Below are positions 34,901-48,368 of a DNA stretch of 64,000 bases, piece after piece. Below the pieces are notes generated by a model. That model made no database searches, was not told the DNA's origin, and saw only the letters and a list, made by a program, of their open reading frames with translations. The position numbers were made by a program, and so were the translations under genes. How positions within the stretch are numbered: the stretch's first letter is position 1; each line of letters opens with the position of its first letter. The stretch lies in assembly GCF_009914755.1 (NCBI RefSeq), contig NC_060947.1; one strand, 5' to 3'. This DNA comes from the human T2T-CHM13v2.0 reference genome, Homo sapiens.

Positions 34901-36800
34901 CATTGATATTCTGAATTGATTTTCTGATTTCTTTTAATTGGTTTTTAGATATATCTTCCATCTCATTGAGCTGCTTTAAAATCAATGCTTTGAATTCTTT
35001 ATCTGGCATTTTGAGATTTTATTTTTGGATAAGATTCCTTTGAGCGTGTCATATTACTATGCATTTTCATGATTGCTATATCTTTACATTGATTTCTGTA
35101 CATCTGGAGCAACAGTCACTTTTCATTTTGGATTTATTTTCTTTGGGGAAATGATACTTTTTTCTTGAAGATATGACTATGATGGTTGTGTAGGGCTATT
35201 TGGCTTTGCTTCTGGGTGCAAGCAGTGGTGAAGATTATGTTTGATTTCCTTGTCTACATCTGTGGAGTCCTCAGTGTGTTAGGGTGTGGTATTGGTGGAG
35301 GCTGTGGTGAGGTTGTACTGGGGACTTGAATGCCTGATGGGCCTTTCTTCATGTTTTGGTGGTAGTAGTCATTGGGTAATCATGTCTATTCTTATGACCT
35401 GAAGCAGTGTATGCTGGCACCTGTGTTCGCAGTTCCAGATAGGTCAAACCTCGGGCCTCTGGGTGGCTTTCTCATATGCTTGTTGTAGTAGCAGGGTACT
35501 GAATTGGTGAGTGTGCTTACAATCTTCTGAGCAGACAAAGTGGCATGAGCAATGGCAGTTACAGTGGTAGTGATTTACTCTTCTAGTTCCTGAGTGCTAT
35601 GCTCTTTATTACCAGTTGTTGCCATGGGTTGTCCAGGCTGGTCTCTAGGCCAGTAGATGGCAGTAGCAGACAGGAACCAGTTGCAATGGTAGTGGTAGAA
35701 TTTCTGCCTTACTTCTGCCCCATGTAAGATATGCTCAGGTATTCCAGGAGGTAAACTGGGTTGTGGAAAGCCAGGAGCTTGGACCCCACATACTGCTTCA
35801 GTGAGGGGATGATGCCAGCTGGAACCAGATTGGCAAGCTTGCACTCAGGCCCCCCAGTGGTAAGTGCAGGCACCAGCTGTGACTTGGGGTTGAAGTGATG
35901 TTCAGGTCCCTGGGAAAATGCTTGGGTCAGGGATGACTGCTGCTGTTCTGAGGTCTTGTCATGGGTTGCAAATATGGCCAGTCTGTGAACATTGCTTTGG
36001 TTAGTCGGTGGGCAGTTTTTGTCCATTTCACACCTTAGTCCTGGCAGGTCTTCCTCCCATGTCCCAGGTGAGGCTGCTGAGTAGGCTGGTCAGTCAGTTT
36101 TGGCACATCCAGCCCACCCATAATTCAGCCCCAGGCCATAGGAGACACTGTCTTGCTCAAGGCCAAGCCTCAGCAGCAACTCTCATCTTTCTCAGGTCGT
36201 GGGGAAGAGCTCGGCTTCAGCACCAGTGGCTGGAGTGTATATCATGCTAACTTCTCAGTTCTGGTTCCAAGAGTCCCTCCTTCACTCAAGTCCCACTTCC
36301 ACAAGCTACAGCTTGAGTCTAATGCCAAAGACTGGTGCCTCTCATTTCCAGGGCCACACACAGTTTGTTAAGGGCTAGGATTGAGAATGGTATCTTAATG
36401 TAAATGCATAGGTCTGTCAGAGTGTGTGAGACACTCCCTCAAGCAGTTTCATCTCACGTTCTCCTGGCCACTCCCTCAGTTAGAATTCAGGACTTGAGAG
36501 AATAGAGGTGCTCTCCTGTGGCCTGGATTTATTGATTCCTCAATGAGAAACTGAACCACAGAAAGACAGAGAAAGACCCTCTCCCATGGTGGAGACTCTC
36601 CCAGTTTTCACCTGGTCCAGGCCTTGCAAGTTGTCTGTTTTTCTTCTCCTTCCTGGAATTTAGAGTTTCCTTTCACTTTTATGTTGAACTCTTCTGTTTC
36701 TTCTTGGATAATATATTCAAAGTGTGATAGTCTACATACTATTTTTTTTTTCACCTAACTGGATGAGGCATACTGGAAATACTTATTGTCAGCCATTTTG
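31971..36800 (-). mobile_element. Older L1 (L1PB4/L1MA-era) with 5' end, internal ORF2 deletion and missing 3' end
   Basis: 5' start ccaaaatggctgac on the minus strand near 36800. ORF1/ORF2 remnants (IIIEDFNTPL, TGPDGF). Jump in ORF2 at about 32240-32310. Confidence 0.85.
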
Positions 36801-37949
36801 GAGAAAGCTACACAAAACAAATTTAGAAGTATGCCTTCTACTTACATTTATATTTTTTGGTAGAGTTTAAGAAGAATTTGTATGAATTTTTTTGAATGGT
36901 GTAATTCAGACATGAAGACATCTGGTACTGGGCTTTTCTTTGTATAAACATTTTCATTTACTACTTTAATCTTATTTGTTATTGGTCTGTTAACAGGCTT
37001 TCTATTTCTTTGTAATTCAATCTTGGTAGATTGTATGTGTCTAGAAACCTCAATTTATTCTAGGTTATCCAATTTGTTGTTATACAGTTGTTCATAATAG
37101 CACCTTTGATCCCTTTTTATTTCTGAAGCATCCATTGTAATGTCTCCAGCTTCATTTCTAATTTTATCTGAGTTTTTGATCTTTTTGCAGTCTAGCTAAA
37201 AGTATGTCAATTTTGTTTATATTTTTATGAAACTCTTACTTTTGTTGATTTTTTCTATAGTTTTGTTATTCTTTCTTTTATTTATTTCTGCTCTGATCTT
37301 TATTGTTTTCTTTCTTCTGCTAAATTTGAATACAGTTTGTCTTTCTTTTCCTAGTTTCTTGAGGTGTAATGTTAGGTTATTTATTTGAGATCTTTTCTAC
37401 TTTCTTAATGTAGGCATTTGTCATTATAAACATCTCTCTTAAAACTTCTTTTGGTGCATCCTATGGGTTTTGATATATTTTGTTTCCATTTTCTTTTGTC
37501 TCAAGGTATTTTTAGATTTCCCTTTTTGATTTCTTATTTGACCTACTGGTGGTTCAGGAGTGTGCTTTCTAATTTCTGGATATATGTAAATTTTCCAGTT
37601 TTCCTCCTAGTCTGAAGTGGTTTGTAATATTATTTAAATCCTGTTACATTTGCTAAGTTTTTTGTGGCTATCTGTCTTGGAGAATTTTCTATGTACGCTT
37701 AAGAAAAATATGTATTTTGCTGTTGTTGAATGGAATATTCTGTATATTTCTGTTAGGTGCATTTGGCCTAAAGTATACTTTAGGTCAAGTGTTTCCTTAT
37801 TGAATTTCTGTCTGGATGATCTATCTGTTGTTTAAACTGGAATATTAAAATATTCTACTTTTTATTATATTGTATATTTCTCCCTTCAGATTAGACATAT
37901 GTAGATGTTCTGATTTTATGTGCATATATTTGCAATTGTTATGTGTACT

Positions 37950-38255
37950 TCTTTTCTTTCTTTTTTTCCCCCTGAGGCGGTATCTCACTCTGTTGTCCAG
38001 GCTGGAGTGCAGTGGCATGATCAAGGCTCATGGCAGCCTCAACCTTTCCAGGTTCACGTGATCCTCCCACCTCAGTCTCCCAAGTAGCTGGGACTACAGG
38101 CATGTACCTGCACATGTGGAGAATTTTTGTATACTTTTTTAGAGATGGGTTTTACCATGCTGCCCAGGCTGGTCTCAAACACCTGTGCTCAAGTGATCCA
38201 CCCATCTCGGCCTCCCAAAGTGCTGAGATTACAGGCATGAGCCACTGAACCTGGC
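37950..38255 (-). mobile_element. AluJ element
   Basis: Reverse dimeric Alu with AluJ diagnostics. TSD ttgttatgtgtacttc / ttgttatgtattc. Confidence 0.9.
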
Positions 38256-38482
38256 TTGTTATGTATTCTTGATGATCTGACCATTTTCTCATTATAAGTT
38301 GGCTATTTTTTCCTCATGTGACAATTTTTGACTTAAAGGTTTTTTCTTCTGTTGTTAGCATAGGTATTCTTCCTCTTTATTTTTATCTCAATTTTTATGA
38401 AATGCTTTCTATTTCTTCATTTTTAATCTATTTGTGTCCTTTAAGGTGAAGTGAGTCTGCTGTGGTCTGAATATAATTTGTC

Positions 38483-39010
38483 AGGGAAAGAAGTTGTTAT
38501 ATCAAAAAGACACCTTTGCACATATGTTTATCACAACTAAATTCACAATTGCAATATTATGAAACCAACCTAAATGTCCATCAACCAATGAGTGAATAAA
38601 GAAAATGTGTTACATATACATCGTGGAATGTAACATAAAACAGAACAAAATAATGTATTTTGCAGCAACTTGAATGGAACTGGAAGCCATTATTCTAAGT
38701 GAAGTAACTCAGGAATGGAAAAGCAAACACTGTGACTTCTCACTCATAAGTGAGAGTTAAGCTATGGGTACACAAAGGCATACGGAATGGTACAATGAAC
38801 ATTGGAGACTCAAAAGAAAGGAGGGTTGGAGGGGGTTAGGGATAAAAAACAACATATTGGGCATAATGTGCACTATTCACATAATGGGTGCACTAAAATC
38901 TCAGACTTCACCACTATACAATTTGTCCATGTAAACAAGAACAATTTATATTCCAAAAGTATATATATATGAATATATATACATATATATGAATATATAT
39001 ACATATATAT
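38483..39010 (+). mobile_element. L1PB4-like 3' end with tail converted to an AT-rich tandem repeat
   Basis: gctatgggtacacaaaggcatac..ctaaaatctcagacttcaccactatacaa. TSD gaatataatttgtc (38469-38482) / gaatatactttgtc (39011-39024). Confidence 0.85.
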
Positions 39011-39754
39011 GAATATACTTTGTCTATCTTTTTTGATCCATTCACTCTCTCTATATCTTTTGGTTAGATAAAGCTCTCAATTTAAATTTCAAGTAATTAT
39101 TCATAGGTAAGATTTTACTACAGCCATTTTGTTAATTGTTTTCTGCTTGTCTTGTGGATCTGTTTTTCCTTTCTTACTCTGTAGCTGTCTTCTTTTGACT
39201 TAAGAGTTTTCTGCAGTGGTATGTTTTGACTCTTTTCTCTTTATCTTGGGTGTATCTACTATAGGATTTTGATTTATGGTTACCATGAGGCTTACCTGAA
39301 ACATCTTATAGATTTACCAGTGTATTTCAAGCTGATAACTTCAATCACATGCAAAAATTTCTCCATGGTAAACTCCATATGTACTTATGCTTTTGATGTT
39401 TACACCTTTTTATGTTGTGTATTCATTAGCAAGTCAATTTGGCTACAGTTATTTTTAATAGCTTTGTCTTTTTACCTTTACGCTAGAATTAAGTGACTTA
39501 CACACCACCACTATAGAAGTAGAGTATTCTGAATTTTACTAGATATGTACCTGTACCAGTGAATTTTCTACTTTCATGTGGTTTCATTTTACTAGTTAGT
39601 AGCCTTTTATTTCAGCTTGAAGTAATCCCTTTAGCATTTCTTGAAAGGTGTGTCTAGTGGTGGTAAACATCCCCAGCTTTTGTTTGTCTGGGACATTATT
39701 TATTTCCTTATTTGTCTGAAGGGTATCTTTATTGGGTATTCTTTCTTGGCCTGC

Positions 39755-39955
39755 TTTTTTCTTTCTTCTCTTTCTTTTTTTCTTCTTTCTTTCTTTCTTT
39801 TTTCTTTCTTTTCTTTCTTTCTTTCCTTTTCCTTCCTTCCTTCCTTACTCTTTCTTTCTCTTTCTTCTTTCTTTTTCTTTCTCGCTCTTCTTTATTTATT
39901 TCTTTCTTTCTTTCCTCTCTCTTTTCCTCCTTTTTTCTTTTTTTCTTTCTTCACT
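39755..39955. repeat. CT-rich low-complexity polypyrimidine tract
   Basis: About 200 bp almost entirely T and C. Confidence 0.95.
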
Positions 39956-40644
39956 TTGAGTATACCATTCTGCTCTCTTATGTCCTGTAAGAATTTTGCC
40001 GAGAAATCTGGTCATAACCTTCTGAAGATTTCCTTGTATGATTCTTTCTCCTGCTGATTTCAAAATTCTCTTAGTCTTTTATTTTTGACAATTTAATTAT
40101 GGTGTATTTTAATCTAATGATTTTTGTTGAATATGATTTGCTATCTTTGAGCTTCATGTACCTGGATGTTCACATCTTTCATCAAATTTGAGAAGACTTC
40201 AGTTACTATTTCTTTAAATAAGCTTTTTGTTGTTGTTTATTTTTCTCTCTTCTTTTTCTGTTACCTCTATTATACAAAATTATATTTTTTGATATGGTCC
40301 AATAGACCCTATGGGCTTTTAAAATTCCTTTTTATACTTCTTTCCTCTTCAGACTTGATGTTTTTAAATGATCTGCCTCTGAGTCCATCTATTTTTTTCC
40401 TTCTGCTTGATGCAGCCAACTGTTGAAGCTCCTACTGCATTTTTACATTTTAGTCATTTAATTTTTTAAATTTCTGTTTGGTGCTTATTTATGTTTTCTA
40501 TATTTGTTGAATACCTACTTTGGTTCTTAAAATGTTTTCCTCATTTCACCAAATTTTCTATCTATGTTCTCTTATAGTTTGCTGAGCTTATTCAGAAAAA
40601 TTATTTTGAAGTATCAGTCAGGCCATTCTTGGATCCGTCACTCT

Positions 40645-41021
40645 TTATTTTAAATTTTATCTTTATTTTACAAATAATAATTATATAAATGTATGGAGTA
40701 AAATGTGATGTTGTGCTTTATGGTTAATATTAGATGTCAACTTGACTGCCTTTAGAAATGTCTAGATGGCAGGTGAAGTATTGTTTCTGGGTGTGTCTGT
40801 GAGGGTGTTTCCAGAGGAGACTGACATTTGAGTCAGTGAACTGAGAGAGGAAGACCCACCCTCAATGTGGGTGGGCACCATCCAATCAGCTGTCAGTGTC
40901 GCTAGAACAAAGCAGGTGGAAGAACAGGGAAAAGCAGCTTGCTGAGTCCTTTTGCTCTCTCTCTCTCTCTCAATCTCCATCTCTCTCTCTCAATCTCCAT
41001 CTCTCTCTCTCTCTCTCTCAA

Positions 41022-41053
<32 letters not shown>

Positions 41054-43110
41054 GCTCCCTGTGCTGAATGCTTGCTTCTTCTCCTCCTGCCCTTGGACAT
41101 CAGACTCCACATTTTTTAGATTTTGGACCCTGGGACTTGCACCAGTAGCCTCCCAGAGGCTCTCGGGCCTACAGCCTCAGAGCCTCAGACTGAGGGCTGC
41201 ACTGTCAGCTTCCCTGGTTTTGAAGCTTTCAGACTTGGACTTAACCATGCTACCAGCTTCTCTTTTGCCAGCTTGGAGATGGCATACCATGAGACATCGC
41301 TTTGTAATTGATTGAACCAATTCTCCCAAATAAACTCTTTTTACTATATACATATATCCTATTGGTTCTGTCTTTCTGGAAGACCCTAATACATTTTGAT
41401 ATGCATTTACAACATGAAATGATTCCATAAGTCTCATGAAACAATCACTTCACACATTTATCATTTTTTGTGGTGAAAACATTTAAATTCTATTCTTCTA
41501 GCAATTTTGAAATATGTCATTTCTTATTATTTATTATAATCACTATTCTGTGCAATAGATCACTAAAGTTTATCTCTATTGTATAACTGAAACCTTTACC
41601 CTTTGATTAACATTTCTCCTTTTCCCATCTGTCCACCTCTCCCAGCCTCTGGTAACCATCATTCTGCTCTCTCCTTCTATGAGTTCTATGTTTAGTGATT
41701 CCACATATAAGTGAGATCATGCCATATTTGTCTTTCTGTACCTATCTTATTTTACTTAACATAATATCCTTCAGGTTCATTCATGTTGTGGCAAATGACA
41801 TAATTTCTCCCTTTTAAATAGTTGAATACTATTCCACTGCATTTATATACCACATTTTTTATCCATTCTCATGACAAACATCTAGGTAGTATCTATATCT
41901 TAGCTATTGCAAATAATGCTACAAAGAACATAGGAAGTGCAGATATCTTTTTAGCACACTGGTTTCAATTACATTGGATATATACTCACAAATGGACATG
42001 CACAACTTTTGATATATATTCAGAAGCAGACATATTCAATTCTTCTGGATATATACCCAGTGGTTGAAATGTATGGTAACTATTTTTTTCCTGAGTAACC
42101 TCCATACTGTTTTCCTTGTTGGCTGTATTAATTTAGATTTTCACCAAAAGGCACAAGAGTGTTTTCATCTCCACACCCTCGCCAACAGTTGTTATCTTTC
42201 ATCTTTTTTTATTAGTCATTTTAATAGGCATTAGGTAACATGTTGTTGTGTTTCTGATTTCTATTTCTTCTATGATCAGTTTTAATGAGTATTTTTTATC
42301 TGCGTTGGCTTTTTCTATGTCTTTGATTTACTTTTCTTTTTTACTTTTAATTTTTGTGAGTACCTAGTAGGTGTATTTTGAGTTTCATGACATATTTTGA
42401 CTATTGAGTTGTTTGAGTTTCTTATATATTTTGGATATTTGCCCCTCATGAGATGAATGTCTTGCAAATATTTTCTTTCAATCTTTGGGCTGTCTCTTCA
42501 TTCTATTAGTTGTTTTCTTTGCTGTGCAGTAGATTTTTCAGTGTTATCTAAGTCAATATGTTTATTTCTGCTTTTGTTTTCTGTGCTTCGGGGGTCATGT
42601 CCAAGAAATCTATGCCTAGACCACTGACATGGAGCATTTGGAGCATTTTTTTCTTTCTTTTTTTTTTTTTTTTTTTTTAGCTTTACAATTTTCAGGCTTT
42701 ACATTTAAGTCTTTAGCCAACTTTAACTTGATTTTTGAATATAGTGGAGATAAGAGTCCAATCTCATTCTTCTTCTTGTGACTATTCAGTTTTCCCAACA
42801 CCATTTATTATTGAGAGTGCTCATTCTTTATTTTACGTTCTTAGCACCTTCATCAAAAATCAATTGACCATGATTTCATAAGATTATTTTTGTGCTATTT
42901 TGTTCCACTGGTCAATGTTCCCATTTTTATGCCAGTACAATGCTGCTTTGTTTACAATAGCTTTGTAATTGGTTTTAAGTTAAGGTAGTGTGATGCCTCC
43001 AACTTTGATCTTTTTGCTCAAGATTTGGCTAATTGGGTTTTTTTGGTGTAGTTGCATGTACGTATTAAGATTTTTTATATTTTTATGATAAATGACATTG
43101 GCATCAAATC
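40645..43110 (-). mobile_element. L1MA 3' portion, interrupted by an MLT2 LTR
   Basis: L1MA-type 3'UTR (ccagcctctggtaaccatcattct) running into the 3' part of ORF2. Confidence 0.82.
40716..41393 (+). mobile_element. MLT2 (ERVL) solo LTR, MLT2B-like, with internal (CT)n expansion
   Basis: atggttaatattagatgtcaacttgact..gaagacccaccctcaatgtgggtgggcaccatccaatcagctg..aataaactc..ccctaataca. Confidence 0.88.
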
Positions 43111-44706
43111 TATAATTCTTCGGAGTTGGTTACTGGAAATTTACTGTGTTTCTTTCATGGTGTCACTTTCCCCCTTATTCTTTGTGATCCACCTTGCATT
43201 GCAACAGTCTGTGCATCGGAAGCAGCAGATACCTCTTCTGAAATTTATGAACCGACCTCAGTAAGTAATGACCTTCACCTGGGGCAGGGGTACACTGGGG
43301 CACACTGTGGTGCAGACTGTAGTGGCACACAGCACCAAATATGGGCTCATACAATGGCTCCAGATGGGGAGGAGTGTCGCACTTTTTACATGGTCATTGA
43401 TGACAAGAACTATTGAATTTCCATGACAGTATTGACTTCTGTAAGTGTCTCCAGCAGTGCCTCTATGTCCTCAGCAGTGCTTCTATGCCATGGCTATGAC
43501 ATGGAGCCGAGTCAGGCAGTGGTACTGCGCAGAGCTGTCAGTGGGCACATAATAAGCTGCAGGAGCCAGCTACAGGTGTGTGCATGGGGGTTGGGGCCAG
43601 CTGCAGGCTGGTAATAATGTTCCTGCTGGTTGCATGTGTCTATGCAACTGTGGAAAAAACTGGAGACTTGCAAGTAGGTGTAGCAGCAGGGTCCAGCTGC
43701 AGATGCAATCAAAGGGCTGGGGGCAGGTTCCAGGGGCCTGAGGCTAGGTTCCTGTGCATGTGCAGTTGTGATGGCTAGGGCTAGTGTTATGCAAGACCCC
43801 AGTATGCTCAGTCACTTGTATGTATGCAGTGTTGGGAGCTTGAGTCTACAGCAGGTGGCCTGGGGATGTTTGAAGGAATGCCTGTGGTGGCTGCAGACAC
43901 TGCAGTTATAGCAGGTGTAGTGACTTAAGAGAGAATAGAGAGAGAGGGATGGTGGTTCAGGCACATGGAAACTAAAGCCTTCACTTTTAAGTCCATGGGT
44001 TGGGGCACCTGTTGCAGCAGCAGCTGGGGAGGCTCCAAGGAGGGGAGAGAAAGACAAGTGGCAACTTAAACAAATGTGAGCTTTGTAGACAGAAAACTGC
44101 AGGGATCCCAGTGGTGAAAGGTGCACAGGATCTACTGCACCTATGCTAGCCATAGTTTCCCTCAGCAGTAAAAGCTGCTGGGGTTCTGTGCTGAGCAAGC
44201 CACTAAGACCCACAACAACAAATAACATGAATGTCATTGGTAGTAAAATTTTCAGAGGATGTACGGTGGCCATTAGTGCTGTCGAGGTCTTCAGCAAAAC
44301 AAGCTGCTGGAGTCCTGTACAGAACAGGCAACTGGGGACTATCGTGACTCCTGCTGTGTGCCTTAAGCTATCAGACCCCATGTCTCTTCTTTGTTTTCTG
44401 CCATCTCTGGATATCTTAGCTTTACCATTCTCCCCAACAACCTGGGTGGGTTGAAACAGAAGCTGGTCATTCAGGAAGTGGCCTGAAAGGCTAGGGAAGT
44501 TTGTAGTTCACACTGTTCTTTTCTCTGCACGGGGAACCAGGGAGTCTGAGAGTTCTTTCTCAGTGCCATGCAGTACTGGTCTGAAGGATGAGGTAATTCA
44601 GTCAAAAAGAAACTGCTCTTTCTACCCTTTTTGTGTAGTTACTATTGAGTTTTCTTTCCCACTCTATTGTTACAGCTTCTTAAGTGGACCACTGAGTTCT
44701 TTTTAT

Positions 44707-45163
44707 TGAGAAAAAAAATCCTATATCTGAGTAATTTAAGATTTTTTTAAAATTTCAGTCTTAGAAAAAACATTAAAAAGAGAAACCAACACATTCTAGT
44801 TCCCCCTTGAACTATGTATTCATCTCTTGGAACTGCTTTATATTGCCACAAGTTGCTATAAACTAATCTAATAATGCCGCACCAGACACTATAACCTAAA
44901 CCATAGAGCTTGACAATTTATAGCCAATCACTAATCAACGTTATTTCTGTAAGTCAATGAGACTCCCTTACAAACAACTTTTTATTCATCCACTTCCTGT
45001 CTCCCTTTTTTGCCTTAAATATCCATGTGTAACTGCTACTAATCAGAGTGTATCTTTAGGCCAACTTGAATCTATGCTCCCAGGTTGCAATCCTCAAGTT
45101 TGGCCCAAATAAACTCTCTATTTATATTAATTTTTGCCTCATCTCCTTCGTTTTATGTCAACA
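44707..45163 (+). mobile_element. ERV1 solo LTR, MER65-like
   Basis: TG..CA ends, tagccaatcactaatcaa, ttggcccaaataaactctcta poly(A) signal context. No clear TSD. Confidence 0.78.
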
Positions 45164-45249
45164 GTGAATAGCTGCCAAATTGTTGTTTTTTTGTGGGGGA
45201 AAGAAAGGCCGGGATCCTCTACTCTACCATCTTGCTGACATGAGAAAAG

Positions 45250-46051
45250 ATTGTATTTTCCTTCTAATACCAAATATGTGGTTTATTTTTTAATACTACT
45301 TTTCCAACTTACTGACACCAAGTCTGGATATCCCAAAATTCAATTCAATTCTGACATCTGGAGTTAGCATCAGAACTTATAAGTTAAAAGGTTTATGTCC
45401 AAAACATTACCCCCACTTCAGACTCCAATTACAAATCCTAGGCCACCCATACTTCTGACTGATTTAGAGTAAATGTAGAGGTTCCCACATCTTTTATCCA
45501 TGTCCTCCAAGTTTCAATAATTTTCTAGAACAACTTGAAGAACCCAGAAATATTTTCCTTACTATTATGGGTTTATTATAAAGGATACAACTCAGGAAAA
45601 GTCAAATCGAAGAGACCCATAGGGCAAAGTGTAGGCAAAAGGGTCTGGAGCTTCCACGCCTTCTCTGGATATACCACACTCCTAGCACTTCAATGTACAC
45701 AACAACCGAGGTGCTCTCTGAACCCCATCATTTAGGGTTTCTATGGAAATTTAATTACAGAAGCATGATGCATTAAATCAGAGGCCATTGGTGATTGAAC
45801 TCAACCTGTAGCCCCTCTCCCTTCCCCAAAGGTCGGGGGTAGAGCTGAAGGTACCAAATTTATAATCACACGGTTTTGTCTTTCTGGTGACCAGCTCCCG
45901 TTTTGAAGTTGTCTAGGAATTCTCAACCATCTCATCAGTTTATTAGCATATGTAAGACACTCTTATGATTCCAAAGATTCCAAGGGTTCTAGGAGCTGTA
46001 TGCCAGGAACTAAAGACAAAGACCTAAAATATATTTTTAAATTATACTACA
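45250..46051 (-). mobile_element. MER21-family LTR
   Basis: Minus strand starts tgtagtataat..ggtctttgtc..gttcctggcatacagctcctagaacccttggaat, characteristic of MER21B/C. Confidence 0.82.
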
Positions 46052-46502
46052 ACATTCATAAAATGCTTTATGCAAAAACAGCAGAAAACATATTTTCAAG
46101 TTTACACGGCATATTAGTTATCATAAACTACATTCTGGACCATGAAGCACATTACAACAAGTTTAAGTGATTAGAAACCATACAATGTATGCTCTCAGAC
46201 AGGAACAGCATTAAACCAGAAATCAATAACAAAGTGCTGGAAAATCTCAAAATATGTAGAGATTAAACAAAACACTCCAAAATTACAAATGAGTAAAACA
46301 GAAATGTCAAGAGAAATACTAAAATATTTGAATGAAATAAAAATGCGTTATTAAAATTTTTGGAATTCAGCAAAAACAGTGCTTAGAGGAAAACATACAG
46401 CACTGAATACATGTAATAGAAGAGTAGAAAGGTCTAAAAATCAACAATCTAAACTTACAACCTAGAAAACTAGAAAATTAGGAGCAAATTAAATCCAAAG
46501 CA
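46052..46502 (+). mobile_element. Old L1M ORF2 endonuclease fragment
   Basis: ctctcagac..attaaaccagaaatcaataac..cagcaaaaacagtgcttagagga. Confidence 0.75.
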
Positions 46503-48325
46503 GTGCCTCATGCATTTGGAAATAGCAAAATTGTTTATGAAGATCAATACTGTGAGCTTTCATTCAATAAAAAACATGGGAATTTACCTGAAAAGGGAAG
46601 GACACTTCAGATTTCAGGAAAGAGAAGGTTGGCAAGCAGCCTATGGGACAGTGTTTGGCTGCTAAAATTGAGTGAGGGGGAAGGTAGAGCAAGATGGCTA
46701 AATAGAAGGCTCCAGTGATCATCCCTCCTGCAGTATCTACAGAAAAAAGCACCTTCATAAGGACCAAAAATTAGATGAGTAATCACAGTACCTGATTTTA
46801 ACATCATATTAAATAAACAGGCACTGAAGTGGGTAGGAAAGGCTGTCTTGAATCCATTATGCCACCCTTTCCTCATATCCCAGGAGCAGTCGTGTGGTAT
46901 GGAGAGAGAATCCATGCACTTGGGGGAGGGAAAGTGAGTGCAGTGATTGTGGAATGTTACACTGAAACTCAGTGCAGAAAACAAGATGAAGCAGAATTCA
47001 GTCAGTGCCCACCAAGAGAGCATTTGGACCAGCCTTAGCCAGAGGTAAAATGCCCATCTCAGCAGTTGAAAACTGAGTTTTGGCAAGCCCTGCCACCGTG
47101 GGCTAAAATGCTCTGAGGTCCTAAGTAAACTTGAAATACAGTCTAGACCACAAGGACTGAAATTTATGGGCAAGTCCAGGTGCTGTGCTGTGCTGGGGCC
47201 TGTGGACTTGGGGGGCACATCATTTAGTGAGATACCAGCTGGTGTGGACAAGGTAGTGTTTGTCTCACTTCTCCAACCCTATACAATGCAGCTCACAGCT
47301 CCAAGAGAAACTCCTTTCTTCTGCTTGGTGGAGAGTCAAGAGGACTTTGCCTTGCAACTTGGATACCAGCTCAGCCAGAGTAGAATAGGGCAACAGGCAG
47401 AGTCGTGAGGCCCTTGCTCCAGGATGACATATTTAAACACACCCTGGGCCAGGAGGGAACTCTCTGCCTCAAAGGTAACAACCCATACATAGCAGAATTC
47501 ATCACCTGCTGACTAAAGAGCATTTTGTGCCTGAATAATCATCAGTAATACCCAGGCAGTACTTATCTCGGGCCTTGGGTAAGACTCAGAACGATGCTAG
47601 CTTCAGGTGTGACCCAGCACATTACCAGCTGTGGTGGCTATGGGGGAAGACTCCTTCCTGAGGAAAAGGGAGGAAAAAGTAAAGAGGCCTCTCCTGCAGC
47701 TTGGGTACTAGCTCAGCCACAGTGAGACAGAGCAAAAAGCAGCCTCCTGGGGTTCCCACCAATTCTAGGTCTTGGCTACTGACAGCACTTCTTGACCTAC
47801 CATGGGCCAGAGGGGAGTCCACTGCCCTGAAGAAGACTCATGACTGGCAGCATTTGCTACAAGCTGACTAAGGAGCTCCTGGGACTTGAGTAAATGTTGA
47901 TGGTGGTCACAGGCAATAACCACCACAGGTCTGGGGCACTGGTGCCATGGAGAAAGGCACTTCTGCTTGACATAAAAAGAGGGAAAAGTGAGAAAGACTT
48001 GTGGCTTGAATGTCAGCTCAGTTGCAGTAGAACAAAGCACCAGGTAGATTTCTAAGGTTTCCAAATCTAGGACCTGGACCCTGACAGCATCTATGGGCCC
48101 ATCCAGGGCTAGGAGGAATGACACAGTCTAGCTGGATTTGCCACATGCTCGTTGTAGAGTTTTGGGGGGCTGGAGTGAACCATAGGTGGTAACCAGGCAG
48201 TAGTCGCTGTGGACATTGGTTGAAACTCAGTGTTTTGCTGGTTTCAGGTCTTACCCAGTGCATTTCCAGCAATGGTGACCAAAGTGGGGCTTCTGTCACC
48301 TTTCCCCACCTTCAGGCAGCTCAGT

Positions 48326-48329
<4 letters not shown>

Positions 48330-48367
<38 letters not shown>
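48330..48367. repeat. (GA)n microsatellite
   Basis: About 18 GA units seen directly. Confidence 0.97.

Positions 48368-48368
<1 letters not shown>

Larger units (their letters stand above)
36815..45243 (-). mobile_element. Old L1M element (5'UTR, ORF1, start of ORF2) hosting several insertions
   Basis: 5' start atgtcagcaagatggtagagtagg on the minus strand near 45243. 5'UTR 43.1-45.2 kb, ORF1/spacer 39-40.6 kb, ORF2 36.8-38.5 kb. Confidence 0.75.

Noticed and set aside
39641-40057. Phe/Ser/Leu-rich membrane-like ORFs
   Set aside because: Artefact of the CT-rich tract.
43812-44381. 189-aa ORF
   Set aside because: Lies in an old L1M 5'UTR and has no recognisable domain.
46607-47251. 214-aa minus-strand ORF
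   Set aside because: Antisense to the L1MA 5'UTR, non-ATG start, no recognisable domain.
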